Below, piece by piece: positions 1-10,138 of a stretch of DNA of 64,000 bases. Source of the stretch: a virus. The DNA is taken from the IMG/VR virus record IMGVR_UViG_3300021197_001995, positions 95,042 to 159,041 of that record. One strand, written 5' to 3'. How positions within the stretch are numbered: the stretch's first letter is position 1; every line of letters starts with the position of its first letter. The position numbers and the translations under genes were made by a program. A model generated the notes under the pieces. The model was not told the origin of the DNA, made no database searches, and was given only the letters and a program-made list of their open reading frames with translations.

Positions 1-4
1 ATTT

Positions 5-706
5 TTGGACGACTTTGTTCCTGCACTATTGGTTAGGTCATTTGGTGAGTTCCCCGGGGCTGACTTCCTTCGCGACATCACTTTCGTGGTAACTAATTTC
101 ACGGCGCCTCCATGTAAGAGAAAGGTAAAAGAAGGCATCCTGCGGCTGGCTAGCTTGCCAAAGCCAACAGGCGCGGTAACCAAGGGCAACTTAAAGGACG
201 CTTCAGAATACTTTATAATCCATCAAAAAGCGCCCGCTTGGACCAGAGCCCCTGGCTCGGGAGACAAAGACAAAGACTTAAAGAACGGAATTTTCCACAT
301 CAGAGCGTCACAAGACAGAGGGTTTGTAAAATCAATTAATTTTTCAAAAATTTCACAACCAGCGAGAGAAACATACATGATGTTTAGAAATGGTCACATG
401 TATGATGAGCTGCGATTTCCTCACAACGCCACAGTAGAAATGTATGGGAACAACATCTTCATGCCAAACATGCAAGTGTACATAAACCCCGATACGCTAG
501 GTTTCGGCGACCCCCGCGGTATAAATTCTTCCGCGCGCCGCCTAGGATTTGGGGGATATTACACTTCCGAATCCGTGACTACAACTTTTTCACAAGGAGA
601 GCTTACCACGACAATGCAGTTGTTCTTCAATTCTTTTCCAGACACAAAGAGTCAACCAAACCTTCCAGGCGCAGTTAAGAACTCAATAAAGGATCTGAAG
701 CAATGA
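5..706 (+). CDS. 5'-truncated putative tail/baseplate hub-like structural protein
   Basis: ORF runs in from the window edge. The C-terminal pattern 'ATVEMYGN..F.P...YIN...GGYY...SVTTTFSQGELTTTM' resembles baseplate hub / late control D-type proteins. Confidence 0.4.
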   Translation: MDDFVPALLVRSFGEFPGADFLRDITFVVTNFTAPPCKRKVKEGILRLASLPKPTGAVTKGNLKDASEYFIIHQKAPAWTRAPGSGDKDKDLKNGIFHIRASQDRGFVKSINFSKISQPARETYMMFRNGHMYDELRFPHNATVEMYGNNIFMPNMQVYINPDTLGFGDPRGINSSARRLGFGGYYTSESVTTTFSQGELTTTMQLFFNSFPDTKSQPNLPGAVKNSIKDLKQ

Positions 707-1872
707 CTGAAGAAAAGTTTTTAGGGGGGTCGACCGTGGATCTCCAACTAGAGTTTTCGGAAAGAAGAAAATTTCTTGACTTTTTTAGGTCGAAAGGGTA
801 TCCTTTGCTTGATACCTTGTACGACAAAAGGTTGTACGGATTTGTGAACCACTTGGGCGAAGTTGTAATGCCTACTCCGACCCCCAAAAGGTTTGGAACA
901 GACTCTGGATCCGTAACGGGGATTAATTATGTGGTGGATTTGTTTAATAAATTTCGAAAGATGTATGTCAACACTCCAGCACTAAAATTTCCGACCGCGG
1001 TTGCACAGCTCAAGCCGCGCAAAAGTTTTCAGAAGTTTGAGACAAGCTATAATGAGTATGAAATACTTTTAGTCAACAAGCTCCTTCCAATCTTGATTGA
1101 AAGGATCCCAGACCCTAGTCCCTCCTTGGCAAGGTTCCTCGATGTTCTTGAGGCCTCAATTTTCGACCCGGAGATGCAAGGCTACCCGATCACCCGATCA
1201 GGTTTTGCGTTGTCTAACCGGTCCACGGCTTATCACACTGGTTTATATGTCGATGTACTGTCGGGACAAGATACAAACCTAGACCAGCAAAAAGCTAATA
1301 TTCTGGCCGATCCGGATTTTGAATGTTATGTTAGTATGGCACACGAACACGGATTTCTCGTCGACGCCAACGCTCCATGGCGACTAGTGGCTGATCTTGA
1401 CTCGCCGATTGTAAAACGGAACATTATGAATGGAAGAGCCATCTCAGAGTTCAACGCGTTTTATCGTGATGTGTATACTATAAAGGTGGCGCATGACGAT
1501 TATTGGTCGCTTAAATCTTTCTGCGCAAAATTTTATGTAGAATTTTACAACCAGAACAACCAACCGTTATCATCTATGAGAAAGGATGTTACTACCGATC
1601 GTTACCTGGAATTCTTGATGACGTGTCACTTCAAAAACTTGTCGCTAATGTTTAATCTAGAGGGGAAAGAATCAGTTCTTTTTTCAAAAACTCTGAAAAA
1701 AGCACTTGACACAAACAGAATTTATGGGTTAACATCTAATGCTGGCGCCATCGGATTTATTGAATCCTTTGTCTCCTCACAAATACTAAAAAAATTGGAA
1801 AAAAATGAAAATACTTCAAACGCTGGACATCAACAACAAGTGCCAGGGGATTTACCACTCTTGCGAATTTAA
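703..1872 (+). CDS. hypothetical phage protein
   Basis: 389 aa ORF with ATGA overlap to the upstream gene; no recognisable motif. Confidence 0.7.
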   Translation: MTEEKFLGGSTVDLQLEFSERRKFLDFFRSKGYPLLDTLYDKRLYGFVNHLGEVVMPTPTPKRFGTDSGSVTGINYVVDLFNKFRKMYVNTPALKFPTAVAQLKPRKSFQKFETSYNEYEILLVNKLLPILIERIPDPSPSLARFLDVLEASIFDPEMQGYPITRSGFALSNRSTAYHTGLYVDVLSGQDTNLDQQKANILADPDFECYVSMAHEHGFLVDANAPWRLVADLDSPIVKRNIMNGRAISEFNAFYRDVYTIKVAHDDYWSLKSFCAKFYVEFYNQNNQPLSSMRKDVTTDRYLEFLMTCHFKNLSLMFNLEGKESVLFSKTLKKALDTNRIYGLTSNAGAIGFIESFVSSQILKKLEKNENTSNAGHQQQVPGDLPLLRI

Positions 1873-2938
1873 ATTCAAAGATTATGAAAATCTACTTTCG
1901 CAATACTCCTTGGCGTGGAAACACTCCCCAATTTTAAATGATGAAAACTACAGATACCTATTCTTATCATCGAAGAACGAGGATTTGTCTCTGTTTTCAC
2001 GAACTCAAGATAGTTATGGAGAACTTAAACAGGTACTCGAAGCTCAAAGAAGAGCATCGCTTACGGCGAAGATAGATCTAGAAGAGAAATGTTTCCTTGA
2101 CGTATTGCCGACCCATCAACTCTCCAAGTGGTTCGAGTTGCGAGAGGACGCCTTGCAGAATCTTTACAACGAGAAGCAACAAGAAGACGACTATGACATT
2201 CTACACAAGGCCCACGTCCTAACTTCGGAGATCGCTCATCAGGATTTAATGTTCGAGGGCAAGAAAGGCAGAGTTCAATACAACATCTTCGGCTCGGCAA
2301 CAGGAAGACTAACCACCAAGAAAGGTTCAGTACCCATCATGACTCTAAAGAAGGAAGATAGGCATAAAATTACCCCTCAGAACGATGCTTTCGTGGAACT
2401 AGACTTAAACGCTGCAGAGATACGTACGTTAATGGCTCTATCAGGCCGAGAACAGCCGCAGGAGGACATTCACGAGTGGGTCGTGGAGAATGTGTTCAAT
2501 GGAGAGATAGAACGCTCTAAAGCGAAGGTAGAGTTATTTGCATGGCTGTATAACCCTTCAAGTTCAAAATCCCAATTCGACAAATTTTTTTCTCGGCAAA
2601 TTTTTCGAGATTTTTTTGCCCCTGGAAACCAGACGCTGAAAACCCCATTTGGTAGAGTCTTGGCGGTAGACGAAAGAAAAGCGCAAAATTACTTGCTTCA
2701 ATCGACGACTTCTGATATAGTTATACAAAACGCATACAAGATTATGAAGATGCTAAAGGGCAAAAGGTCCAAAATAGCGTTTACACTGCACGATTCGATT
2801 ATTATTGACATGTGCAAAAAAGATGCTATAATGTTAAAAGAAATAAAAAAACAATTCGAAGAAACGCCATGGGGCCCTTTCCTGAGTACGTGCAATGTAG
2901 GGAAAAACTTTGGAAACTTAAAGGAGCTAAAGATTTGA
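1805..2938 (+). CDS. minimal family A DNA polymerase (polymerase domain)
   Basis: ATGRLT; motif A-like ELDLNAAEIR; motif B-like RSKAKVELFAWLY; TPFGR; NYLLQSTTSD; motif C-like LHDSI. Confidence 0.8.
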   Translation: MKILQTLDINNKCQGIYHSCEFKFKDYENLLSQYSLAWKHSPILNDENYRYLFLSSKNEDLSLFSRTQDSYGELKQVLEAQRRASLTAKIDLEEKCFLDVLPTHQLSKWFELREDALQNLYNEKQQEDDYDILHKAHVLTSEIAHQDLMFEGKKGRVQYNIFGSATGRLTTKKGSVPIMTLKKEDRHKITPQNDAFVELDLNAAEIRTLMALSGREQPQEDIHEWVVENVFNGEIERSKAKVELFAWLYNPSSSKSQFDKFFSRQIFRDFFAPGNQTLKTPFGRVLAVDERKAQNYLLQSTTSDIVIQNAYKIMKMLKGKRSKIAFTLHDSIIIDMCKKDAIMLKEIKKQFEETPWGPFLSTCNVGKNFGNLKELKI

Positions 2939-3792
2939 AAACAATTTTGGGCATAGGTACAGCAGGAAGTAATGTTGTGCGCCAACTCGGAGAATATAAA
3001 ACATACAAGCCGTATACGATTTGCACAGAAAATCAAAAAACTACGAAATACCATTTCAATTTACCATCACTCGACGGACCAGAAGAGTATGAAGAAATGA
3101 ACATGTCAAAGCTAACCAAATGGTTGGGTACAATCGAAAAAAGCTGCACAGTTTTTATCTGTGGAGCATCTAATTCATCGGGTATTACGTTACGAGCGCT
3201 CCACTCTCTGCACCAAAGAGGTGTAAAAATGGAAGTTGTGTATTTTATGCCTGAAACCGAGGTGTTATCTGAAGAGAAGACCCTGCAAGAACGCGCTTGT
3301 CGTGGTATTCTGCAAAATTATGCGCGCAGCGGCTTATTTGAAAAAATCTGTCTCGTATCCAACCTTCGGTTGGAGGAGATAGCGGGATCAACGAACGTAT
3401 TTGACTACTATAGCCAAATAAACCATGTGTTTACAAGCACTTACTACATGATGGATGTCTTTAGGAACACAAAGCCGATTACATCCACATTTAAGCGACC
3501 AAAGGAATCTTGCCGGATTACCACTATCGGACTGGGATCATTAGAGAAAGACGATTTAATGTTTTTTCCTTGCAATCGAGAGGTAGAAGTGGTATACTAT
3601 TATGGTATCAACGAAGAAAAGTTAAAGACGGAAGAAAACTTATTCAGAACAATAACCAACAAGGTAAAATCAAGAATCACCGATGAAACAAAGGTTTCGT
3701 TTGGGATTTATCCAACACAATACGAAGATGACTACATTTACGTGGAATACTTCTCACCAAAAATTCAACAAATAGTTGTTGACACAGAATAG
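2935..3792 (+). CDS. divergent tubulin/FtsZ-family (PhuZ/TubZ-like) protein
   Basis: T1-like ILGIGTAGSNVV; degenerate T4 loop CGASNSSG; FMPE, LVSN and YSQIN elements. Likely TTG start at 2935 (TTGA overlap with the polymerase stop; AAGGAG at 2921). Confidence 0.7.
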   Translation: MKTILGIGTAGSNVVRQLGEYKTYKPYTICTENQKTTKYHFNLPSLDGPEEYEEMNMSKLTKWLGTIEKSCTVFICGASNSSGITLRALHSLHQRGVKMEVVYFMPETEVLSEEKTLQERACRGILQNYARSGLFEKICLVSNLRLEEIAGSTNVFDYYSQINHVFTSTYYMMDVFRNTKPITSTFKRPKESCRITTIGLGSLEKDDLMFFPCNREVEVVYYYGINEEKLKTEENLFRTITNKVKSRITDETKVSFGIYPTQYEDDYIYVEYFSPKIQQIVVDTE

Positions 3793-3807
3793 AAAATATA
3801 GTATTAT
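3779..3807 (+). promoter_or_regulatory. sigma70-type promoter upstream of SSB
   Basis: TTGACA-17 nt-TATTAT. Confidence 0.75.
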
Positions 3808-3887
3808 ATAAACAGTTGGTCAGGATATTTGCTGACCTGCTATAGCCAAACGTGCAAAAAAGCAACATACCATAGGAGGTAATAACA

Positions 3888-4646
3888 ATGGCAATTAATT
3901 TAGACGCTATGAAAGCGAAACTCGATAAACTTAACGGAAAGGGAGACGGAAAGAAGAATTTCTGGCGCCCAGAGGACGGAGAAAGCAACATCCGTATCGT
4001 TTCCACGAAGGACGGCGACCCGTTCAAGGAAAAGTATTTCCACTATGGCGTGGGAGGTCAATCCTTCCTTTGTCCGAAGAGAAACTTTGGAGATGACTGT
4101 CCAACCTGCAACTTTGCGAACAAGTTGTGGAACGAAGGGACAGAGGATAGCAAGAGACAAGCAAAGGAGATGTTCGCAAAGCAACGCTTCTTTTCACCGG
4201 TTCTTGTCCGGGGGGAAGAGGATCAAGGAATCCGAGTCTGGGGATACGGCAAGATGGCTTATGAAAAGCTGCTAACGATCGTACTGGATCCGGATTATGG
4301 AGATATCACAGACCCAGAAACCGGCAACGACCTCAAGTTGATGTACGGAAAGCTTCCTGGTGCAAGTTTCCCTCGTACCGATATCCGACCTCGTCCTCGA
4401 AAGACTGCACTTTGTGACGATGCCGTCGGTGGAGACGAAAGATGCGCAGAGCTTTTGGAGACTATTCCAAACTTTGATGAAATCTTTGAACGTAAGACAA
4501 CCGAAGAGGTTCAATCTATTATGGACCAGTTCCTCTCAGGAGAGTCAGGAAACGCCGAGGTTCAGAAGTTTGGAACTAACACCTCAACGCCAACTGGACC
4601 TACAGATACAGTGGAAGCAGCGTTTAACGACCTGTTGAACGCGTAG
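3888..4646 (+). CDS. single-stranded DNA-binding protein (T4 gp32-like)
   Basis: FW.P..G...IR; Zn ligands H...C...CPTC; 'WGYGK...L.....DPDYGDITDPETGNDL'; acidic/hydrophobic tail FNDLLNA; adjacent to recA. Confidence 0.85.
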   Translation: MAINLDAMKAKLDKLNGKGDGKKNFWRPEDGESNIRIVSTKDGDPFKEKYFHYGVGGQSFLCPKRNFGDDCPTCNFANKLWNEGTEDSKRQAKEMFAKQRFFSPVLVRGEEDQGIRVWGYGKMAYEKLLTIVLDPDYGDITDPETGNDLKLMYGKLPGASFPRTDIRPRPRKTALCDDAVGGDERCAELLETIPNFDEIFERKTTEEVQSIMDQFLSGESGNAEVQKFGTNTSTPTGPTDTVEAAFNDLLNA

Positions 4647-4653
4647 GTGAAGA

Positions 4654-5787
4654 ATGGCAAAAGCTAAAGTTACCAAACTTAAAAAGGGCGCTTTAGATAT
4701 TGCTTCTATTCGAGGCATTATCAACAAGAAAGCCGGTAGAGAAGTTGCTCACTCACTTCAGGATAATAATCCAACAGAGGTGAATGAGTGGATTCCTACT
4801 GGCTCACGATGGCTTGACGCCATCATTTGCAAGGGCAGACACGCTGGCATCCCTGTGGGTAAAATCTCAGAGATAGCCGGCCTTCCCGGTACTGGTAAGT
4901 CATTCTTGGCTGCCCAGATTGCTGGGAACGCTCAAAAGATGGGTATTGATGTAGTGTACTTTGATTCAGAGTCCGCTATTGACCCTTCTTTTATGGAGCG
5001 CGCCGGTTGCGACTTAGACAGGCTTATGTATGTCCAAGCAGCATCTGTTGAGTTTGTCTTGGAAACCATCGAAGAACTACTAGCTACTGGTAACAAGTGG
5101 CTTTTCATTTGGGACTCTTTGGCTCTTACGCCCTCGATTTCTGATGTTGAAGGCGACTTCAATCCGCAGTCTTCTATGGCGGTAAAGCCTAGAATCTTGG
5201 CTAAGGGAATGTCTAAGTTGACTATCCCCATCGCTGATGCAAACGCTACTTTTCTAGTCCTCAATCAGTTGAAGACTAACCTAGGAGCGAGAACGCCAGC
5301 CCAAGCCATGACTGAACCATACACGACCCCAGGTGGAAAGGCTATGATTTATGCTTATTCACTTCGTGTTTGGCTCACCGCAAGAAAAGCCAAAGCTAGT
5401 TTCATCGTTGATGACAATGGTTTCCGCATTGGATCTGAAGTAAAGGTAAAGTTAGAGAAGTCTCGTTTCGGGACTCACGGCCGAACCTGCAACTTCAAGA
5501 TCCTGTGGGGAGATGATGCTGTTGGTGTCCAAGATGAAGAAAGTTGGTTCGATGCAATCCAAATCTCTGAAAGACTTGAACAGTCTGGTGCATGGTTTAC
5601 GCTAATCCACAATGATGGGTCTAAGGAAAAGTTCCAGCGCAAACAATGGGTCACTAAACTTGAGAGTGAAAAATTCAGAGAAAGTGTCTTGACTATTATT
5701 GAAGAAGATGTTATTATGAAGTTCAAGAATAGAGAAGGCAACGCAGGCGACTTCTACGAGCCGGATGAAATTCCGACCGAAGAGTAG
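4654..5787 (+). CDS. recA: RecA/UvsX recombinase
   Basis: Walker A GLPGTGKS, FDSESA, IWDS, LNQL, TPGGKA. Confidence 0.95.
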   Translation: MAKAKVTKLKKGALDIASIRGIINKKAGREVAHSLQDNNPTEVNEWIPTGSRWLDAIICKGRHAGIPVGKISEIAGLPGTGKSFLAAQIAGNAQKMGIDVVYFDSESAIDPSFMERAGCDLDRLMYVQAASVEFVLETIEELLATGNKWLFIWDSLALTPSISDVEGDFNPQSSMAVKPRILAKGMSKLTIPIADANATFLVLNQLKTNLGARTPAQAMTEPYTTPGGKAMIYAYSLRVWLTARKAKASFIVDDNGFRIGSEVKVKLEKSRFGTHGRTCNFKILWGDDAVGVQDEESWFDAIQISERLEQSGAWFTLIHNDGSKEKFQRKQWVTKLESEKFRESVLTIIEEDVIMKFKNREGNAGDFYEPDEIPTEE

Positions 5788-5796
5788 CCATCACAC

Positions 5797-5824
5797 AGCC
5801 CGCCTCTTCTGGCGGGCTTTTTTT
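5797..5824 (+). terminator. intrinsic terminator after recA
   Basis: AGCCCGCC-tcttct-GGCGGGCT followed by a T run. Confidence 0.85.
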
Positions 5825-5836
5825 ATGGAGAATAGT

Positions 5837-6799
5837 ATGAAGAGAGTAATGATAGTAGACGCGTACAACCAGTTCATCCGCGGATACATAGTAGACCCCA
5901 GCAAGAACCCAAACGGCTCCCCAATCGGCGGAATCAGGACTTTTATTAACATTTTTAATAAGTTGACGAGAGAGATTAAACCGGATCTGTTGGTGTTGGT
6001 TTGGGACGGCAAAGGCGGCTCTAAAAAACGGCGCTCAATGAACAAGAACTACAAGGGTGGGCGCAAACCACCCCGCACTAACTGGACCCAAGTTGGCATG
6101 GGTGAAGAGGAGATTCTAGACAATAAGGTATGGCAACAGATGAGAGTGATTGAATACCTCAATCAGACGCCAGTAATTCAATTTATGGAACCTTTAGTTG
6201 AGGCTGATGACGTAATTTCTTACGTCAAGAACACACCAATGTTCGACGAGTGGCAAAAGGTCATCGTTTCGGCTGATAAAGACTTTATTCAACTTTTGGA
6301 CGACAAGACGATTTTGCATCGCCCTATCCAGAAAGAGTATCTAAATAAGAATAGTGTGGTGGATAAATTCGACATTCACCCTACTAATTTCGCACTGGCT
6401 CGAGCCATAGTGGGTGACTCCTCGGATAACCTACCAGGAGTACCTAGAGTGGGCCTTCCGACAGTAGCAAAGAAATTTCCTTTCTTAAAAGAAGAGAAGA
6501 CACACTACTTAGATAGTATTCTAGAGGAATGCAACAAGCCGGAAAATAAACAAAAAGTGTATACAAACATTTTAGAATCAAAGGAGTTAATAGAAAACAA
6601 TTATGATATTATGCAGCTATCTTCGCCAATGCTATCTATACAAGCCAAACAAGGGATCGACGATACGTTTGAGCAGTATAAGCCACAGTACAATCAAACG
6701 GAAATGAGAAAAAGAATGCTCCAAGATGGAGTACTGACAGTTTCCACCACAGATCTCGAACAAAGATTTAATCACATTATCACTTCCTTTTCAGAGTGA
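5837..6799 (+). CDS. 5'-3' exonuclease / flap endonuclease (T4 RNase H-like)
   Basis: IVDAYN, WDG, YKGGR, EADDVI, SADKDF, GDSSDNLPGVPRVG. ATG at 5837 follows GGAG. Confidence 0.92.
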   Translation: MKRVMIVDAYNQFIRGYIVDPSKNPNGSPIGGIRTFINIFNKLTREIKPDLLVLVWDGKGGSKKRRSMNKNYKGGRKPPRTNWTQVGMGEEEILDNKVWQQMRVIEYLNQTPVIQFMEPLVEADDVISYVKNTPMFDEWQKVIVSADKDFIQLLDDKTILHRPIQKEYLNKNSVVDKFDIHPTNFALARAIVGDSSDNLPGVPRVGLPTVAKKFPFLKEEKTHYLDSILEECNKPENKQKVYTNILESKELIENNYDIMQLSSPMLSIQAKQGIDDTFEQYKPQYNQTEMRKRMLQDGVLTVSTTDLEQRFNHIITSFSE

Positions 6800-6835
6800 A
6801 ATCTGTTATTATATACTAGAAGAAAAGGAATAGAG

Positions 6836-8230
6836 ATGGATCAGGAAAAGAACTTTTCAAAGTTCGGAAAAACATTCCAAGAAGACCTCTGTCATTTAAT
6901 ATTAAATGATAGAAGCTTTGCTGACCAGATGTTTGAGGTTTTAGACCTCGGGTTTCTGGAGCTTAAGCATTTAAGGGTTTTCATTGGAAAGATAAAGGAG
7001 TATAGGAAAAGGTATGGAGTTCACCCCACATCTAACATCATGCATTCCATCATACGGACAGGTTTGGATGCAGAGCCCGAATCAGTCAAGGTGCGAATCA
7101 GAGAGTACTATGCCCGCGTCCTGGCCAATGGTCAAATACCAGAATCTTCTGACTACATCAAGGACACTGCTCTCGATTTTTGCAAAAAACAAAAACTCAA
7201 AGAAGCATTAATTAAATCAGTTGAGTTAATCAAGTCATCTTCATTTGACGATGTGTCTAGGGTTATCGATGAAGCTTTAAAGTTGGGATCTGATAACACG
7301 TTGGGTTACGACTATTTGGTGGACTTCGAGCAGCGATTCGTCAAAAAAGCCAGGAACCCAATCTCCACAGGGTGGCGAGACATTGATGACATAGCAAAGG
7401 GAGGCTTAGGAAAAGGTGAACTTGGTGTTGTTGTTGCTCCTACTGGTGCTGGTAAGTCAATGGTACTTGTCCATCTCGGGGCCCAAGCCCTCAAGCAGGG
7501 AAAGAATGTACTCCATTATACTTTGGAACTTGCTGATACTATTGTCGCTGGCCGTTACGATTCTGCTATTACTGGCGTGGAACTTAAGAACCTAACAGTA
7601 TTTAAAGAAAAGATCTACGATGAAATCAAAGAAATTCAGGGAAAACTGATAGTAAAGGAGTATCCAACTCGTAGTGCTAGTATCCAAACAATAAAAAACC
7701 ACGTTGAGAAGCTAAAACGACGAGATTTCGCCCCAGACATGATCATCGTTGACTACGGAGACCTAATTCGGCCAGAAAACGGCGGAAAAGATGAGAAAAG
7801 ACATCAACTCGAAACTATTTACGAAGAGTTGAGGGGAATCGCCCAAATTTGCGAGTGTCCACTGTGGACAGCATCGCAAACTAACCGGTCTGGTCTCAAC
7901 GCAGAAGTGATCACCATGGAATCAATCTCGGAGGCATTTAACAAGTGTTTCGTCGCAGATTTTATCTTCACCGTTTCGCGAACAGTTGAAGACAAAAACA
8001 CAAACACTGGCCGAATTTTTGTTGCAAAGAACAGAAACGGCCCTGATGGACTCGTGTATCCTCTATTTATGGATACAAGTAACGTAAAGATAAAGGTTTT
8101 GCCAAAAACCGGCGAAACTGTTAATGAAATAATACAAAAATCTTCTGCAACGAGGTTGGTTAACCTCAAAGAGAAGTACGCGGCATTCAAAAAAGAAGGA
8201 GGAAAGAATCAAAATGGAATTGTCAAATAG
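6836..8230 (+). CDS. replicative DNA helicase (DnaB / T4 gp41-like)
   Basis: Walker A APTGAGKS, YTLE, IIVDY, TASQTNR, KNRNG. Confidence 0.93.
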   Translation: MDQEKNFSKFGKTFQEDLCHLILNDRSFADQMFEVLDLGFLELKHLRVFIGKIKEYRKRYGVHPTSNIMHSIIRTGLDAEPESVKVRIREYYARVLANGQIPESSDYIKDTALDFCKKQKLKEALIKSVELIKSSSFDDVSRVIDEALKLGSDNTLGYDYLVDFEQRFVKKARNPISTGWRDIDDIAKGGLGKGELGVVVAPTGAGKSMVLVHLGAQALKQGKNVLHYTLELADTIVAGRYDSAITGVELKNLTVFKEKIYDEIKEIQGKLIVKEYPTRSASIQTIKNHVEKLKRRDFAPDMIIVDYGDLIRPENGGKDEKRHQLETIYEELRGIAQICECPLWTASQTNRSGLNAEVITMESISEAFNKCFVADFIFTVSRTVEDKNTNTGRIFVAKNRNGPDGLVYPLFMDTSNVKIKVLPKTGETVNEIIQKSSATRLVNLKEKYAAFKKEGGKNQNGIVK

Positions 8231-10076
8231 AATCTTGTCAGAAATCACAGTACACATGAAGTACGCCCGGTACCTGGATGATAAAAAGAGAAGGGAAACG
8301 TGGGAGGAACTAGTAACTAGGAACATGAACATGCACCTTAAGAAATTTCCCGAGATGGAACTTCAGATCGTAAAAGCTTATAAGAAGGTTTTCGAGAAAA
8401 AAGTTCTCCCTTCTATGAGATCTATGCAGTTTGGTGGAAAGCCAATTGAAGTAGCACCCAACAGAATCTTTAACTGCGCATTTATGCCAGCAGACGATTG
8501 GCGATGCTTCGGTGAAGCAATGTTTCTTCTGTTGGGGGGGACGGGTGTAGGATATTCCGTGCAAAAACATCATGTTGAAAAGTTGCCTGAGATTACTCGG
8601 CCAAACATGAACAGAACACGTAGATTTCTCGTAAATGATTCCATTGAAGGGTGGGCAGACGCAGTGAAAGCACTCGTTCGCTCTTATTTCCAGGGCGGTT
8701 CGCACCTTCGTTTTGACTTTACAGATATCCGACCAAAAGGCGCCGCCCTTGTGACTTCAGGTGGTAAAGCACCAGGTCCTCAGCCACTTCGAGAGTGTCT
8801 GGTAAAACTAGAAGGCATGTTGGTTCATAAAGAGAATGGAGACAAGCTATCGCCCATCGAAGTGCATGACATGATCTGCCACATCGCAGACGCAGTACTC
8901 GCAGGCGGCATCAGAAGAGCGGCTTTAATCTCTTTGTTTTCAGCAGACGATGAAGACATGATTGCTGCAAAAACAGGAAACTGGTGGGAAACCAACCCAC
9001 AACGAGGAAGAGCTAATAACTCGGTTGTATTGCTTCGCCACAAGATTGACAAAGAGTATTTTATGGGACTTTGGGACAGAGTAAAGGCTTCCGGCGCCGG
9101 CGAGCCTGGTTTTTATTTTTCGAATGATAAAGACTGGGGCACTAACCCTTGCTGTGAGATTGGTTTACGCCCATACCAATTCTGCAACTTGACAGAAGTA
9201 AATGTATCTAATGTGGAATCTCAAGAGGACCTCAACGAGAGAGTCAGGGCTGCAACCTTTATAGGAACGTTACAAGCTAGCTATACAGATTTCCACTATC
9301 TTCGTGATATATGGCGCAGAACGACAGAAAAGGACGCGCTAATAGGTGTATCCATGACTGGTATTGCCTCTGGCGCTGTTTTGGAGCTTGACATGAAAGA
9401 GGCAGCAAAGTGTGTAAAAACAGAAAACGACCGCGTTGCGAAGCTGATTGACATAAGACCGGCAGCACGTACAACCTGTGTCAAACCCGCGGGCACCACT
9501 AGTCTGACACTCGGTACGTCATCCGGAATTCACGCTTGGCACAATGAGCATTACATTAGAAGAATAAGGGTTGGAAAAAACGAACCAATCTATTCTTACC
9601 TAGAGATGAATCACCAGGAATTAGTCGAAGACGAATATTTCAGCCCCCATACAACGGCCGTTATCTCCATTCCGCAAAAAGCTCCTGACGGCTCCATCAT
9701 GAGAACAGAGTCAGCACTACAGTTGCTCAAGAGGGTAAAGCATGTTACTGATGAGTGGGTGAAGCCAGGCTTCCGCAAGGGACAAAACACTCACAACATT
9801 TCAGCAACTGTATCAATAAAAGAAGCAGAGTGGGCAGACGTGGGTGAGTGGATGTGGGAGAATAGAGCTAGTTACAACGGCCTGTCTGTCCTGCCTTACG
9901 ACGGAGGGTCCTATACCCAAGCACCCTTTGAAGACTGCTCTAAGGAGACTTATGAAGCAATGATGGCATCACTAAGCAGCATTGATCTTACCAGGGTGAC
10001 TGAATCGGAAGACAACACAAACCTTTCTGGCGAGATTGCCTGCGCCGGCGGCGCCTGCGAAATAAAATTTGTTTAA
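8214..10076 (+). CDS. nrdJ: class II (B12-dependent) ribonucleotide reductase
   Basis: PSMR, FNCAF, GGIRRAA, TNPCCEI, FCNL, TCVKPAGT; C-terminal CAGGAC redox pair. Confidence 0.93.
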   Translation: MELSNRILSEITVHMKYARYLDDKKRRETWEELVTRNMNMHLKKFPEMELQIVKAYKKVFEKKVLPSMRSMQFGGKPIEVAPNRIFNCAFMPADDWRCFGEAMFLLLGGTGVGYSVQKHHVEKLPEITRPNMNRTRRFLVNDSIEGWADAVKALVRSYFQGGSHLRFDFTDIRPKGAALVTSGGKAPGPQPLRECLVKLEGMLVHKENGDKLSPIEVHDMICHIADAVLAGGIRRAALISLFSADDEDMIAAKTGNWWETNPQRGRANNSVVLLRHKIDKEYFMGLWDRVKASGAGEPGFYFSNDKDWGTNPCCEIGLRPYQFCNLTEVNVSNVESQEDLNERVRAATFIGTLQASYTDFHYLRDIWRRTTEKDALIGVSMTGIASGAVLELDMKEAAKCVKTENDRVAKLIDIRPAARTTCVKPAGTTSLTLGTSSGIHAWHNEHYIRRIRVGKNEPIYSYLEMNHQELVEDEYFSPHTTAVISIPQKAPDGSIMRTESALQLLKRVKHVTDEWVKPGFRKGQNTHNISATVSIKEAEWADVGEWMWENRASYNGLSVLPYDGGSYTQAPFEDCSKETYEAMMASLSSIDLTRVTESEDNTNLSGEIACAGGACEIKFV

Positions 10077-10081
10077 AAGTG

Positions 10082-10110
10082 TTGACAAACCAAGTAAAAT
10101 AGATTATTAT
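10082..10110 (+). promoter_or_regulatory. sigma70-type promoter
   Basis: TTGACA-17-TATTAT. Confidence 0.7.
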
Positions 10111-10138
10111 TATAACACAACTCAGAAAAGGAGAAATA

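Noticed and set aside
2935-3792. Nucleus-forming (chimallin) phage assignment
   Set aside because: A tubulin homologue alone is insufficient; no chimallin or multisubunit phage RNA polymerase is recognisable here, and early genes use host sigma70 promoters.
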